This document shows, one piece after another, positions 1 through 9,201 of a stretch of 32,000 bases of DNA. A program made the translations under genes and the position numbers. The first letter of the stretch is position 1. The number at the start of each line of letters is the position of its first letter. The notes under the pieces were generated by a model, which was not told the DNA's origin, searched no databases, and saw only the letters and a list, made by a program, of their open reading frames with translations. This DNA comes from Verrucomicrobiota bacterium (GTDB taxonomy: Bacteria; Verrucomicrobiota; Verrucomicrobiia; Chthoniobacterales; UBA6821): the NCBI GenBank assembly GCA_008932965.1, contig WBXG01000012.1, positions 3,611-35,610 on the forward strand, in the 5' to 3' direction.

Positions 1-2
1 TT

Positions 3-506
3 CTCGATGGTCCCTTAAAAAAAGCCTTGTCACGTTTGGATGATTCCAAAAAATTGAGGCCTAAAATTCGAGAAGAACTTTTTATCATCCTAACAACAGA
101 TCCTCATATTTGTTGGGCTTTGGGAGAGTCCAATGTAGAGGAGATTGGAGACCTCAATATTCTTCGTGCAACAGCTCTTGCCATGAGACGTACCCTACTT
201 GCATTAACAAGAACACCAGCTCATGCCTTAGTCGATGGATTACCCGTGCGTGATCTCCCTGTACCTCAGACAGCTCTCGTTGGAGGAGACGGGCTCTCCC
301 TTAGCATTGCTGCAGCAAGTGTGATTGCTAAGGTCACCCGAGATCGCATTATGGATGAATTAGATCATGCATTTCCTCAGTATGGGTTTAGACATCATCG
401 AGGTTATGGAACTTCAGAGCATTTAAAAAAACTCAACCAATATGGACCTTGCCAGCATCATCGACGCGGTTTTAAACCTGTGGATCAAGCCTCCTTCAAC
501 TTCTAA
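3..506 (+). CDS. rnhB: Ribonuclease HII, 5' end cut by the window edge
   Basis: The frame is open from base 3, so the track start at 27 is a TTG and not the real start. LDDSKKL, SVIAKVTRDR and HHRGYGTSEH motifs are typical of RNase HII. The N-terminal DEAGRG metal site would lie upstream of the window. Confidence 0.85.
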   Translation, partial: LDGPLKKALSRLDDSKKLRPKIREELFIILTTDPHICWALGESNVEEIGDLNILRATALAMRRTLLALTRTPAHALVDGLPVRDLPVPQTALVGGDGLSLSIAAASVIAKVTRDRIMDELDHAFPQYGFRHHRGYGTSEHLKKLNQYGPCQHHRRGFKPVDQASFNF

Positions 507-879
507 AGGCCCCAAGGCCCTTGGATTATGGGGAGAACGTTATGCAGCACAAACCTTGCGCCGTCACGGCGTTAAGATTCTTTATCGTAATTATCGAGCT
601 CCGCAGGGAGGAGAAGTCGATTTAGTCTGTCGAGATAGAGAGACACTTCTTTTTGTAGAGGTCAAAACACGGCGTGTTGAAAAAAACTTTCGTCCTTTAG
701 ATGCAGTAAATCATAAAAAACAAATGTTAATTAAACGAGGAGCACTCTCGTGGCTTCGCTTACTGGGCAATCCTGATATCCCTTTTCGATTTGATGTCAT
801 CGAGGTGATTGCCACTCACCCACCCCAAGCACGTTGGATTGAGAATGCTTTTTTACTACCAGATCCTTTTCGATATTAA
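442..879 (+). CDS. yraN: YraN/UPF0102 family endonuclease-like protein
   Basis: GERYAAxxLxxxGxKILYRNYR...GEVDLVCRD...LLFVEVKTRR pattern. The rnhB-yraN adjacency is common. ATG at 442 overlaps rnhB by 65 nt, and no later in-frame ATG precedes the conserved core. Confidence 0.8.
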   Translation: MDLASIIDAVLNLWIKPPSTSKGPKALGLWGERYAAQTLRRHGVKILYRNYRAPQGGEVDLVCRDRETLLFVEVKTRRVEKNFRPLDAVNHKKQMLIKRGALSWLRLLGNPDIPFRFDVIEVIATHPPQARWIENAFLLPDPFRY

Positions 880-1056
880 CCTGGATACTTCATACTGAAG
901 TGTCATGAGGCGCCGTGCAAAGCTTATAAGTACAAGGCGGGCGAAGGATTGCGACGACGGCTACATATTTCATACTGCCCGAGGAGCAATTCGAGACTAA
1001 CGCAGTATCCATTAGGTGTTCGCAAGCCGCAGCAGAATCAGTATGAAATATCCGGG
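880..1056 (+). mobile_element. MITE-like repeat, copy A (177 bp)
   Basis: Left end is CCTGGATACTTCATACTGA. The reverse complement of the right end is CCCGGATATTTCATACTGA. Flanked by TTAA at 876-879 and 1057-1060. The first 72 nt match copy B at 69/72 positions. No ORF. Confidence 0.85.
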
Positions 1057-3423
1057 TTAACGCTCTTGCAACACGGAATGCTCTATCAATGCTTGTATTG
1101 CTTGTAGAAAAGGGGCTCTCTCACTTGAATCGAGTGCCAGTTTTTTTTGAATCCACAATTCTGCTTTTTGTTGTGCACTCTTGAGCGCTTCATGGACTGC
1201 ATTTGCATTAGTAATACATAGAATTAGTTTTTCTAATGATCCCTCCTGGAGAAGATCATTACGTTTTCTTAAGTTTTCAGCAATCCGGGCAATCTGTTTT
1301 TCATCATGGTAATCATGAAACTGAGCAAGAATTGACCTCATATCCTCTACTCCCTGTGCAGCATCCATTCGCCCTCTATGTGCAGCATGATAGGTCTCAA
1401 TCAAATAAGGGTGAAGCCATGAAGTCTCTCGAAGCATTTTTCCAGTATCAGCTTCCAGCAAGCTCATGAGCTGATCTCCGCACAAAGTATTCCATTCAGC
1501 CAAATCAAACAACGTGCTGGAGTCAGAATAATATTTTTCAAATCGATCGAGGAGCGGAGTGATTGAAGAAGAAAAAGTCTCACTAACCGATTTAGAAATA
1601 TGATCACAGGAAGTGGCAGCCTGTAAGGCATGCTTGGAATCTTCTAATATTTTTTCATTTTTACTCGGAGAATGAAATATACCTGATCTTTTCTTTTCTT
1701 GGAGTGGAGTGCTCTGCTTCTGCACCTCTACTAAAGAGTCTCGAGCAGAGGTTAATTTAATTTGATTAAGTGCTTGCCCATTTTTAAAAAAACTTTGGGC
1801 AGCATTAAAATGAGTAGTGATGATTTTAGCAGCACTAGATCGCTCATTTTCAATACCAGCAAGTTTAGAGTCTATAGATTCAACTCTAGTATTAATTTCA
1901 TCGGCAACTAAATTAGGATCCTTTATTTCAGCTCTTAATTTCCAAAGAAGAGATTTCTTACTTTGTAATTTCTTCATTGACTCAAGATAGAGATCCAATC
2001 CTCGTTGCACTTCATGATACTGATTCTCGAGCTGACGATAAACTCCCTGCTCTTGATCTGCATCAAGAGCCTTGCAAGCTACTTTATCGAGGTACTGCAA
2101 TTGTATCGTAAGGCAATACCGTGTTGCTTCACAGAGCATCTGTAAGGAGGTGAGCGATGGCTTTGATCCATCTCTATTGTCGGATCCTGCTGCAGTAACT
2201 TGATGGAAAGCTGAGTGCTTTTCTAACTTAGAGATGTGAGAAATGAGAGCACCTAACTTGTGTTGTTTAGCATGCTCTGTTCTAAAATGAGTTAATCGCT
2301 TTTCTCGTAATAACCTCTCCTCACTTTCGTGCTGATTCTGTAAGTCAACCATCGCTTGCAAGCGTTGTTGTATTTCTTGATTTTCTTTTTTTAATCTTTC
2401 GATTTCCTGAGTGTGAGCATCTTCTCGAGCGGTAAAGTTAACATGAAAAGCTGCTATTATTTTTTCAAAGAGAGGATGGGGCTTGACTTCTGATGAGGTC
2501 GATCTGGAAAGAGGAAAATAAGAAGCAAGGTCTCTAAAGAGAAATTTCACTTCTTTATGAGAAGTACTATTTTGACCATTACCAAAGTCCTCTCTTGTTA
2601 TTAGATTTCCTTGAGCATCGACCCTCCAATTATCTTTTACATCAATCTCTTGTATATTCTTTGCTTTTTTGAAGGCTTCTATATTGGGGTAAGGATAGAA
2701 TGACTTGGTCTGCGCATAGATGACTTTTTGAAAAAAAGTACGGCTTTGAGGTAGTGGATCAATATCAGGAAAAAACTCCACCTGATCAGCCCCTTCATAA
2801 AATGAATAGATAGGGCGTCTTCCTCTCAACCCATCAGCAAAACCCTTCATACAGGAACGTTGATCTGGTTGGAATAGAGTAGTGACGGTTGCATGCCCAG
2901 TAATATCATCAACCATAACACTTCCACCAGTAAGGCCTGCCCTTTCAAGCTCTGCTCGTTCTTGAGCATTTTGATGCACTATTGCTAACTCTTGGGGGGA
3001 ACTATTCCCTCCTTGGACTCCTTCGATATCAGGATGCAAGCAACATGAATCTAACACTCTATAACTCCCATGAATCAGGGGCCCCATGATCAGTGCTCCA
3101 GCCAAAAGAACAGAACATTTTTCAAAAGTGGTGAGACTATCCCAATTGGAAAATCCTGCCTCCATGCTGGATCCTTCCTTTACTATTTTTGAAGAAGTTA
3201 ACTGAAAAAAAAGAATGTTAGATTTAAGATCGGGGTCAGTTTGAGCAGGCGTTAAAGAAAATGATGGGTCATAGGAATTTTTCCAATCACAGTAACTCTT
3301 GGTATCATTCCAAGAAAGAAAGCAAATGGGATGATCTAAGGTTTCAACATTAATAACCTCATAGTGATACTCTCCAGGGCTACCAGTACGTTGAATAGAA
3401 AAAACACTGGAGCCTCTTCCCAT
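1057..3423 (-). CDS. Hypothetical 788-aa protein with an N-terminal FGE/SUMF1-like motif fragment, one hydrophobic segment and a long coiled-coil-like region
   Basis: Long uninterrupted ORF with an ATG start. HPICFLSWNDTKSYCDW resembles the HPVVxVSWxDAxAYCxW core of the FGE-sulfatase domain. CSVLLAGALIMGPLIHG is hydrophobic. Residues from about 330 onward are rich in heptad-like charged segments (EIERLKKENQEIQQRLQAM...). No catalytic motif recognised. Confidence 0.7.
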   Translation of the reverse strand: MGRGSSVFSIQRTGSPGEYHYEVINVETLDHPICFLSWNDTKSYCDWKNSYDPSFSLTPAQTDPDLKSNILFFQLTSSKIVKEGSSMEAGFSNWDSLTTFEKCSVLLAGALIMGPLIHGSYRVLDSCCLHPDIEGVQGGNSSPQELAIVHQNAQERAELERAGLTGGSVMVDDITGHATVTTLFQPDQRSCMKGFADGLRGRRPIYSFYEGADQVEFFPDIDPLPQSRTFFQKVIYAQTKSFYPYPNIEAFKKAKNIQEIDVKDNWRVDAQGNLITREDFGNGQNSTSHKEVKFLFRDLASYFPLSRSTSSEVKPHPLFEKIIAAFHVNFTAREDAHTQEIERLKKENQEIQQRLQAMVDLQNQHESEERLLREKRLTHFRTEHAKQHKLGALISHISKLEKHSAFHQVTAAGSDNRDGSKPSLTSLQMLCEATRYCLTIQLQYLDKVACKALDADQEQGVYRQLENQYHEVQRGLDLYLESMKKLQSKKSLLWKLRAEIKDPNLVADEINTRVESIDSKLAGIENERSSAAKIITTHFNAAQSFFKNGQALNQIKLTSARDSLVEVQKQSTPLQEKKRSGIFHSPSKNEKILEDSKHALQAATSCDHISKSVSETFSSSITPLLDRFEKYYSDSSTLFDLAEWNTLCGDQLMSLLEADTGKMLRETSWLHPYLIETYHAAHRGRMDAAQGVEDMRSILAQFHDYHDEKQIARIAENLRKRNDLLQEGSLEKLILCITNANAVHEALKSAQQKAELWIQKKLALDSSERAPFLQAIQALIEHSVLQER

Positions 3424-3688
3424 CTTTTCATCGTAGAGATCCTGAGAATATATTGTTGCAGAAATCTAATCTTTCAAATGAAGTGATGAACTCTGCTGAG
3501 ACTCAAGAAAATCAGAATACTCGAAAGTATTTATTTGAAGAAAAAGTGCATCTTGGGGTGCCTTTTCCTGAGTCTCCCTGGAGGAGGAGTTTGTCAAACT
3601 CACTACAAATGCTAAAACACAAAATAAATACTTTAATTTCACACTTAGTCCTTTCTTAGAAAAATAGGTAAATTTATAGTCACTAGGA

Positions 3689-5908
3689 ATGAAAAAACGT
3701 AGGACTTCCTCCACAATTCAAGAAAAAACAGGTGGAGGACCTGAAGATGCTATTAGCGGCCTAGTGGAACGGGTTACTTTCCATAATGCAGAGAATGGAT
3801 TTTGTGTTTTAAAAGTCAAAGTAGAAAATCATCGTGATCTCATAGCCGTCCTAGGAACCCTTCCTAGTGTCGCTCCAGGAGAGTGGATCACTGCCCAAGG
3901 TGTATGGGAACGAGACCGCGAACATGGCCTTCAAATGAAGGCACGAACTCTTAAAACGCAACCACCAACTTCACTTGAAGGAATTGAAAAATATCTTGGA
4001 AGCGGCCTTATTAAAGGCATTGGTCCAGTCTATGCCACCAAGCTCGTTCAAAAGTTTGGAGAGGATGTCTTCGATATTATTGAGCACCAATCCAAACGTC
4101 TTCAAGAAGTAGAGGGAATAGGAATAGAACGTCGCAAAAGAATCAAAGAAGCATGGGCAGAACAAAAAGTAGTTCGTGATATTATGCTCTTTCTTCATGC
4201 ACATGGACTAAGCACCAATCGTGCTACTCGTATTTATAAAACCTATGGAGAGGGAGCCGTTGAAACTATCCGCGCAAATCCCTATACCCTCGCTCGTGAC
4301 ATTCATGGAATTGGATTCCATTCTGCTGATGCTGTTGCAACCAAGCTGGGGTTTGAACAGGACTCACTCCTACGTGCCCGTGGAGCAATCGATCATCTAC
4401 TTACGGAAGCAACGGGAGAAGGCCATTGTGCTTTACCTCGTGAAGATCTCATTCAAGGAGCCATTCATCTTTTGCAAGTAGACGAGGAAGTAGTCATAGG
4501 TGCTTTAGAGCGGCATCTCCACGATGGCCATGTCACATTAGAAAGAATCGGTGGAAAAGAGCTTGTCTTTCTGCCACACCTTCGAGTTGCCGAGGAGATT
4601 ATTGCACGACAACTCCTACGACTTGCCTCATCCGAATCCCCCACCCCACTCATCGACCCACACAAGGCCATTCCTTGGGTTGAAGAAAAAACAAAACGAA
4701 TACTCTCCGAGAGCCAACGTAACGCCTTGGCTAAGGCGTTACAACACCGTGTGGTTGTGATCACGGGTGGCCCAGGTGTTGGTAAAACAACCCTCGTGCA
4801 ATCACTCCTAACCATTTTAAGAGCAAAGAAGCTGCGCTGTCTTCTTGCTGCTCCCACAGGAAGAGCAGCCCAGCGTCTTGGGGAGGCCACCGGGTTAGAG
4901 GCAAAAACATTACATCGTCTTCTTGAATTTGTTCCTGCCACAGGAACATTTGCGCGCAATATCGATCATCCTCTAGAGGCAGATGCACTCGTGGTAGATG
5001 AAATTTCTATGGTCGATGTCCCTCTTATGAGTCGTCTTCTCTTAGCACACCCACCGAATGCACGTTTAATTTTAGTCGGAGATGCCGATCAATTACCAAG
5101 TGTGGGACCAGGCCTTGTGCTCCCCGACATCATTCGTAGCGGTTTAGTTGAAGTCGTCGCCTTAAAGGAGATCTTCAGACAAGCAGAAGGGAGTCAGATC
5201 ATTCAGGCAGCACATGCAATCAATCAAGGAATCCTACCTGATCTCACTCTTTCCAATGAACATTCTGATTTCTTTTTTCTTGAGCGCGAAGATCCCGAGC
5301 AAACGGTAGCAACCCTAATCACGATGATTCGAGAGCGCATTCCAAAACGTTATGATCTCGATCCTATCGATGATGTCCAAGTTCTCTGCCCCATGCATCG
5401 AGGAAGTCTGGGCATTCAAGAACTCAACCTTCAACTCCAAGCAGCACTCAATCCAAAAAGCCCTCATCTCAAAGAACATCTTGCCTATGGGCTTTTATTC
5501 CGAGAAGGAGACAAAATTATTCAAATGAATAACAACTATGAGAAGGAAGTTTTTAATGGTGATATTGGACGTATTCTTTCTATCGATCCTCAGGAAAAAA
5601 CAATGACGTTGCGTTTTGGAGAGCGTCGCTTCAACTATGATTTTAGTGAACTTGATGAAGTGACTCTTGCTTATGCTATCACGATTCACAAAAGCCAAGG
5701 CTCGGAATTTCCAGTAGTAGTCATGCCACTTGCAATGCAACAATACCTACTGCTCCAACGCAACTTGCTCTACACGGGAGTCACACGAGGACGCCAGCTT
5801 GTGCTTCTTGTGGGACAACGTAAAGCCCTCATTACTGCGACCCACAATGCCTCCACACGCTACCGACATGGAGGACTCTTCAGCAGATTAGAAGCCTTGT
5901 GCAAATAG
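3689..5908 (+). CDS. recD2: RecD2-type SF1B ATP-dependent DNA helicase
   Basis: Walker A VITGGPGVGKTT, Walker B ALVVDEISMVD, LILVGDADQLPSVGPG, and the C-terminal AITIHKSQGSEF / LLYTGVTRGR motifs. The N-terminal region with helix-hairpin-helix-like GIGPVYATKLV is typical of RecD2. Confidence 0.9.
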   Translation: MKKRRTSSTIQEKTGGGPEDAISGLVERVTFHNAENGFCVLKVKVENHRDLIAVLGTLPSVAPGEWITAQGVWERDREHGLQMKARTLKTQPPTSLEGIEKYLGSGLIKGIGPVYATKLVQKFGEDVFDIIEHQSKRLQEVEGIGIERRKRIKEAWAEQKVVRDIMLFLHAHGLSTNRATRIYKTYGEGAVETIRANPYTLARDIHGIGFHSADAVATKLGFEQDSLLRARGAIDHLLTEATGEGHCALPREDLIQGAIHLLQVDEEVVIGALERHLHDGHVTLERIGGKELVFLPHLRVAEEIIARQLLRLASSESPTPLIDPHKAIPWVEEKTKRILSESQRNALAKALQHRVVVITGGPGVGKTTLVQSLLTILRAKKLRCLLAAPTGRAAQRLGEATGLEAKTLHRLLEFVPATGTFARNIDHPLEADALVVDEISMVDVPLMSRLLLAHPPNARLILVGDADQLPSVGPGLVLPDIIRSGLVEVVALKEIFRQAEGSQIIQAAHAINQGILPDLTLSNEHSDFFFLEREDPEQTVATLITMIRERIPKRYDLDPIDDVQVLCPMHRGSLGIQELNLQLQAALNPKSPHLKEHLAYGLLFREGDKIIQMNNNYEKEVFNGDIGRILSIDPQEKTMTLRFGERRFNYDFSELDEVTLAYAITIHKSQGSEFPVVVMPLAMQQYLLLQRNLLYTGVTRGRQLVLLVGQRKALITATHNASTRYRHGGLFSRLEALCK

Positions 5909-5957
5909 GGATAGGGAGTGATAATTACAGGATCATTTTTTGTTCAGATCATTTAAA

Positions 5958-7109
5958 ATGAATTCCTCAATCTCATCTCGAACTACTCCATCAGCTGTTC
6001 CTGCTTCGGCAGTTTTAGAAGTCAATGGTGAAGAGTGTATCATCCATATCCGTGGTCATTGGTTGCTCAATTCCTCAGTTCCTTCGTGGCACAAAACCAT
6101 TAAAAATAACACAGCTACGATTATTAAGATTCTTGCAGAGGACCTAAAAACATGGGATACGGCCCTAGTGCTTTTTTTAATTCATGGAAGAACATGGTGC
6201 TTAGCAAAAAAAAAGAAACTGGAGATCACAGCGCTTCCTGAAAACCTACAGCTCATTCTCAGCCATATTGAAGCAGAACCTCATCCCAAAGCACGAGGAA
6301 AACGTGACTCTTCGTTTGACCTTCGATGTGCCATAGGAGGCAAGGTCCTAGAGTTCTTTTCAGGAATGAGAGAGGCTGCGGAGTTTCTGGGTAATTGTGC
6401 CATTGGACTTTTTCAAATGATTCGAGGCCGTCAAAAATTTCGATGGATCGATTGCTTTGTAGAAATGCAGCAATGCTGGTCTTCATCGCTACCGATTGTG
6501 AGCTTCATTAGTTTTTTAGTGGGGGTCATTTTGGCTTTTCAAGCTGCAATTCAACTTCAACGGTATGGTGCAGGCATCTTGGTTGTGGACCTTGTCAGTC
6601 TCTCTATTGTTCGAGAAATGGGACCAATCATGGCAGCCATTGTTGTTGCTGGTGGAACCGGAGCAGGCTTTGCTGCTCAATTAGGAAATATGAAAGTCGA
6701 TGAAGAAATCGATGCTCTACAAACGTTAGGAATTTCTGAAATCAATTTTCTAGTTCTCCCTCGACTTCTTGCCGTTGCCATTATGATGCCGATCCTTGCC
6801 ATTTATTCCGATGTTTTGGGAATCTTAGGTGGAATGTACATCTCAGCAACCATGCTCCACATTCCAATAGCTGTCTATTTTAATGAAATGCAAAATCGAC
6901 TCAGCTTCACAGATGTCTCCAGTGGTATCACCAAGAGTTTTATCTTTGGAATGATCATCGCTCTTGCAGGATGCATGCGTGGTATTCACTGTGAACGTAA
7001 CACCGCCGGTGTCGGCCATGCAACTTCATCAGCAGTCGTCACTAGTATTATGATGATCATCCTTGCTGATGCTATTTTTTCGGTAATTTATAACACCCTT
7101 GGAATTTAA
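5958..7109 (+). CDS. mlaE: MlaE-family ABC permease with an N-terminal STAS (MlaB-like) extension
   Basis: The C-terminal ~250 aa match the MlaE pattern (VREMGPIMAAIVVAGGTGAGFAAQLGNMKVDEEIDAL). The N-terminal ~120 aa look like a STAS fold (IIHIRGHWLL ... DTALVLFL ... LEITALPENL). I prefer the ATG at 5958 over the track TTG at 5940. Confidence 0.8.
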   Translation: MNSSISSRTTPSAVPASAVLEVNGEECIIHIRGHWLLNSSVPSWHKTIKNNTATIIKILAEDLKTWDTALVLFLIHGRTWCLAKKKKLEITALPENLQLILSHIEAEPHPKARGKRDSSFDLRCAIGGKVLEFFSGMREAAEFLGNCAIGLFQMIRGRQKFRWIDCFVEMQQCWSSSLPIVSFISFLVGVILAFQAAIQLQRYGAGILVVDLVSLSIVREMGPIMAAIVVAGGTGAGFAAQLGNMKVDEEIDALQTLGISEINFLVLPRLLAVAIMMPILAIYSDVLGILGGMYISATMLHIPIAVYFNEMQNRLSFTDVSSGITKSFIFGMIIALAGCMRGIHCERNTAGVGHATSSAVVTSIMMIILADAIFSVIYNTLGI

Positions 7110-7122
7110 AATTTTAAAAACC

Positions 7123-7872
7123 ATGCAACACACTACTGATGCCATTAAGGTAGAAAATATCACGTTTTTGTATGATGATACCGTTGTCCTAGAAAAGATT
7201 TCATTTACCGTAAAGACTGGAGAGCTTTTTTTTATTATTGGTGGAAGCGGTTGTGGTAAAACAACTCTTTTACGATGCATGACAGGATTACTCGAACCTG
7301 AGAGAGGGGAGATTTTCTATTTTGGAAAAGATTTTTTAAACAATGACTCTCGTGAAAGAGAGATGTTATTAAAATCATTTGGGGTCCTTTATCAAAGCAG
7401 TGCCTTATGGAGCTCCATGACAATCGGGGAAAATGTATCACTCCCCCTGGAACAATATACAAGACTCGATAAAAATGACCGCCGAGAAATAGTTGCCCTC
7501 AAACTCGCTCAGGTGGGCCTTGCAGGAACTGAGGAACTTTATCCTAGCGAATTAAGTGGGGGAATGAAGAAAAGAGCGGGGCTTGCTCGTGCTTTAGCTC
7601 TTGACCCTAAAATTGTTTTTTTTGATGAACCCTCAGGGGGGCTTGATCCTGTAACCTCTAAGGAAATTGATGAATTAATTTTAGAAGTGCGTGACACCTT
7701 AGGTACCACCATGGTTATTGTATCGCACCAACTTTCAAGTATTTTCAGAATTGCCGATCGTATCATGGTACTAGATCATACCACTAAAGGAATCATTGCT
7801 AATGGGACTCCCCATCAACTTGCTAGAATGAGCCATGACCCCCGTGTTATTAATTTCTTAAATCAGTCATGA
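7123..7872 (+). CDS. mlaF: MlaF-like ABC transporter ATP-binding protein
   Basis: Walker A GGSGCGKTT, signature LSGGMKKR, Walker B IVFFDEPSGGLD and H-loop VSHQ. I prefer the ATG at 7123 over the track TTG at 7099, which would overlap the mlaE stop. Confidence 0.85.
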   Translation: MQHTTDAIKVENITFLYDDTVVLEKISFTVKTGELFFIIGGSGCGKTTLLRCMTGLLEPERGEIFYFGKDFLNNDSREREMLLKSFGVLYQSSALWSSMTIGENVSLPLEQYTRLDKNDRREIVALKLAQVGLAGTEELYPSELSGGMKKRAGLARALALDPKIVFFDEPSGGLDPVTSKEIDELILEVRDTLGTTMVIVSHQLSSIFRIADRIMVLDHTTKGIIANGTPHQLARMSHDPRVINFLNQS

Positions 7873-8606
7873 AATCTAAATGGAATCCAGTAAGCGTAGG
7901 GAGTTTTGTGATTGGAGCTATTATCCTTATCACACTAGGACTCATCTACTTTAAATCACTCTCATTATTTCATAAACCACTTCGATTTGTTTCTTATTTT
8001 GATCAATCGGTACAAGGGTTAAGCGTTGGCAGTGATATCAAAATGCGAGGGGTTCTCGTTGGAAGCATTGTGTCGCTTCATGTTTATTACGACTGGAACA
8101 AAAACAAATCAGCTATTGCGGTGATTGGAGAGCTCAATAATAACGCTTTGATTGATGATTCTGGACAAAAAATTGATATGAACAATTCCTTAAACCTAGA
8201 ACACCTTATTAGAAATGGATTACGCGCTGAAATTGATTTATTAGGCATCACCGGAATGCAGTATGTCCAACTTGCCTTCTTCGATCCCAAAAAACAATCG
8301 ACTAACGATCTTTCAGGAAATTCCCCCTACATTGTTATTCCCACTGTGGATTCTGGTGTTTCAAAATTCACCGATAACCTTTTCACTATCACTGAAAATT
8401 TCAGCAAAGTAGATATGGCCGGTATTTCTAATGATCTCAAGGCCCTCTTAGCTTCTCTCAATAAAAAAACAGAAGAACTGGATCTTAGAAAAATAACGAT
8501 TCAAGTCTCTTCGGCTGCAGAAGCTATCAAACAACTTGCTCAGTTTATAGAACAGAACCCCTCTTCCCTAATCTTTGGAAGAAAGCCAGCACCTAAAAAA
8601 AGATAG
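7869..8606 (+). CDS. mlaD: MlaD/MCE-domain protein
   Basis: N-terminal TM anchor followed by an MCE-like GLSVGSDIKMRGVLVGSI segment. The ATGA start/stop overlap with mlaF indicates translational coupling. Confidence 0.75.
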   Translation: MKSKWNPVSVGSFVIGAIILITLGLIYFKSLSLFHKPLRFVSYFDQSVQGLSVGSDIKMRGVLVGSIVSLHVYYDWNKNKSAIAVIGELNNNALIDDSGQKIDMNNSLNLEHLIRNGLRAEIDLLGITGMQYVQLAFFDPKKQSTNDLSGNSPYIVIPTVDSGVSKFTDNLFTITENFSKVDMAGISNDLKALLASLNKKTEELDLRKITIQVSSAAEAIKQLAQFIEQNPSSLIFGRKPAPKKR

Positions 8607-8644
8607 CAAGGAACAAGTCCCCCCTATCCTGGTTAATCAGAATC

Positions 8645-8664
8645 AACTCTACCTCAGTAGAGTT
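8645..8664. terminator. Weak hairpin between convergent mlaD and the lptE-like gene
   Basis: AACTCTAC-CTCA-GTAGAGTT forms an 8-bp stem with a 4-nt loop. It is AT-rich with only a short T/A run on either side. Confidence 0.25.
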
Positions 8665-8673
8665 TGAAGGAGA

Positions 8674-9201
8674 TTACCACCCTTCAGAGACTTTGCTCAC
8701 AATAGCCTCTGCCGCCCTCTGAGCTGCAATTGGATAATTGATATTTTGATCTGTTATGAGATCCGAATTAACACTATCAGAATTGACAAAGAAAGGAACG
8801 TGGCCTTCTGCTCTGCCTTTGAGCAGAAGAGCACCGGTGAGACGATCTTTAACTGTATATTCGACATTGAGAACCAATTCAAATTCTGAGGTCTGCATCA
8901 CATTATTGGCATAGACTCGCATCGGCTGACGCTTCACGCTCACAATAGCTGCAGTTAAGTTTGCATCAGCACGATCTGCAGTTTCTATACGGTAGGTACC
9001 ATCTTGTTGAAATTGCTTCGCCACAGCATCAGCAGTTTGGGACTCTAAGCGAGGGATCAAAGTATCATTTTTAAAAGTTCCAACAGAAATGCTATTCACA
9101 CGCCGCATGGTAGTGGGCCTGATCTCTCCCAATGTGTAACCACATCCCGAGAGAAAGAGATCGACAGCAATAAAAATGACACAAGCAAATAATGATCTCA
9201 T
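8674..9201 (-). CDS. lptE: LptE-like LPS-assembly lipoprotein
   Basis: Lipobox LSGCGYTLG, which is the GCGY/FxLxG start typical of LptE. About 175 aa. Lies next to a BamD-like gene, with an ATGA overlap with the upstream gene. Confidence 0.5.
   Translation of the reverse strand: MRSLFACVIFIAVDLFLSGCGYTLGEIRPTTMRRVNSISVGTFKNDTLIPRLESQTADAVAKQFQQDGTYRIETADRADANLTAAIVSVKRQPMRVYANNVMQTSEFELVLNVEYTVKDRLTGALLLKGRAEGHVPFFVNSDSVNSDLITDQNINYPIAAQRAAEAIVSKVSEGW

Noticed and set aside
3424-3688. Riboswitch or small RNA in the 265-nt divergent region upstream of recD2, which has three CTGAGA/CTGAGT occurrences
   Set aside because: The other conserved TPP-riboswitch elements are absent. Only a trivial 6-bp palindrome (AATACT-CGAA-AGTATT) is present, so this is most simply a divergent promoter region.
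4465-4959. 164-aa antisense ORF inside recD2, and similar antisense ORFs inside copA, mutS, thiG, the RND pump and comEC
   Set aside because: All lie fully within strongly supported genes on the opposite strand and have Arg/Ser/Pro-rich or low-complexity translations typical of antisense frames.
3689-5908. RecD2 helicase plus the neighbouring 788-aa protein as a helicase-based defence pair
   Set aside because: The helicase has the standard housekeeping RecD2 architecture. The two genes are divergent rather than in an operon, and the large protein has no nuclease or sensor motif that I can see.
8652-8666. 15-nt identity (CCTCAGTAGAGTTTG) between the mlaD/lptE spacer and 17420-17434 in the comEC upstream repeat
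   Set aside because: About one exact 15-mer match is expected by chance among all position pairs on both strands of a 32-kb window. Similarity does not extend on either side.
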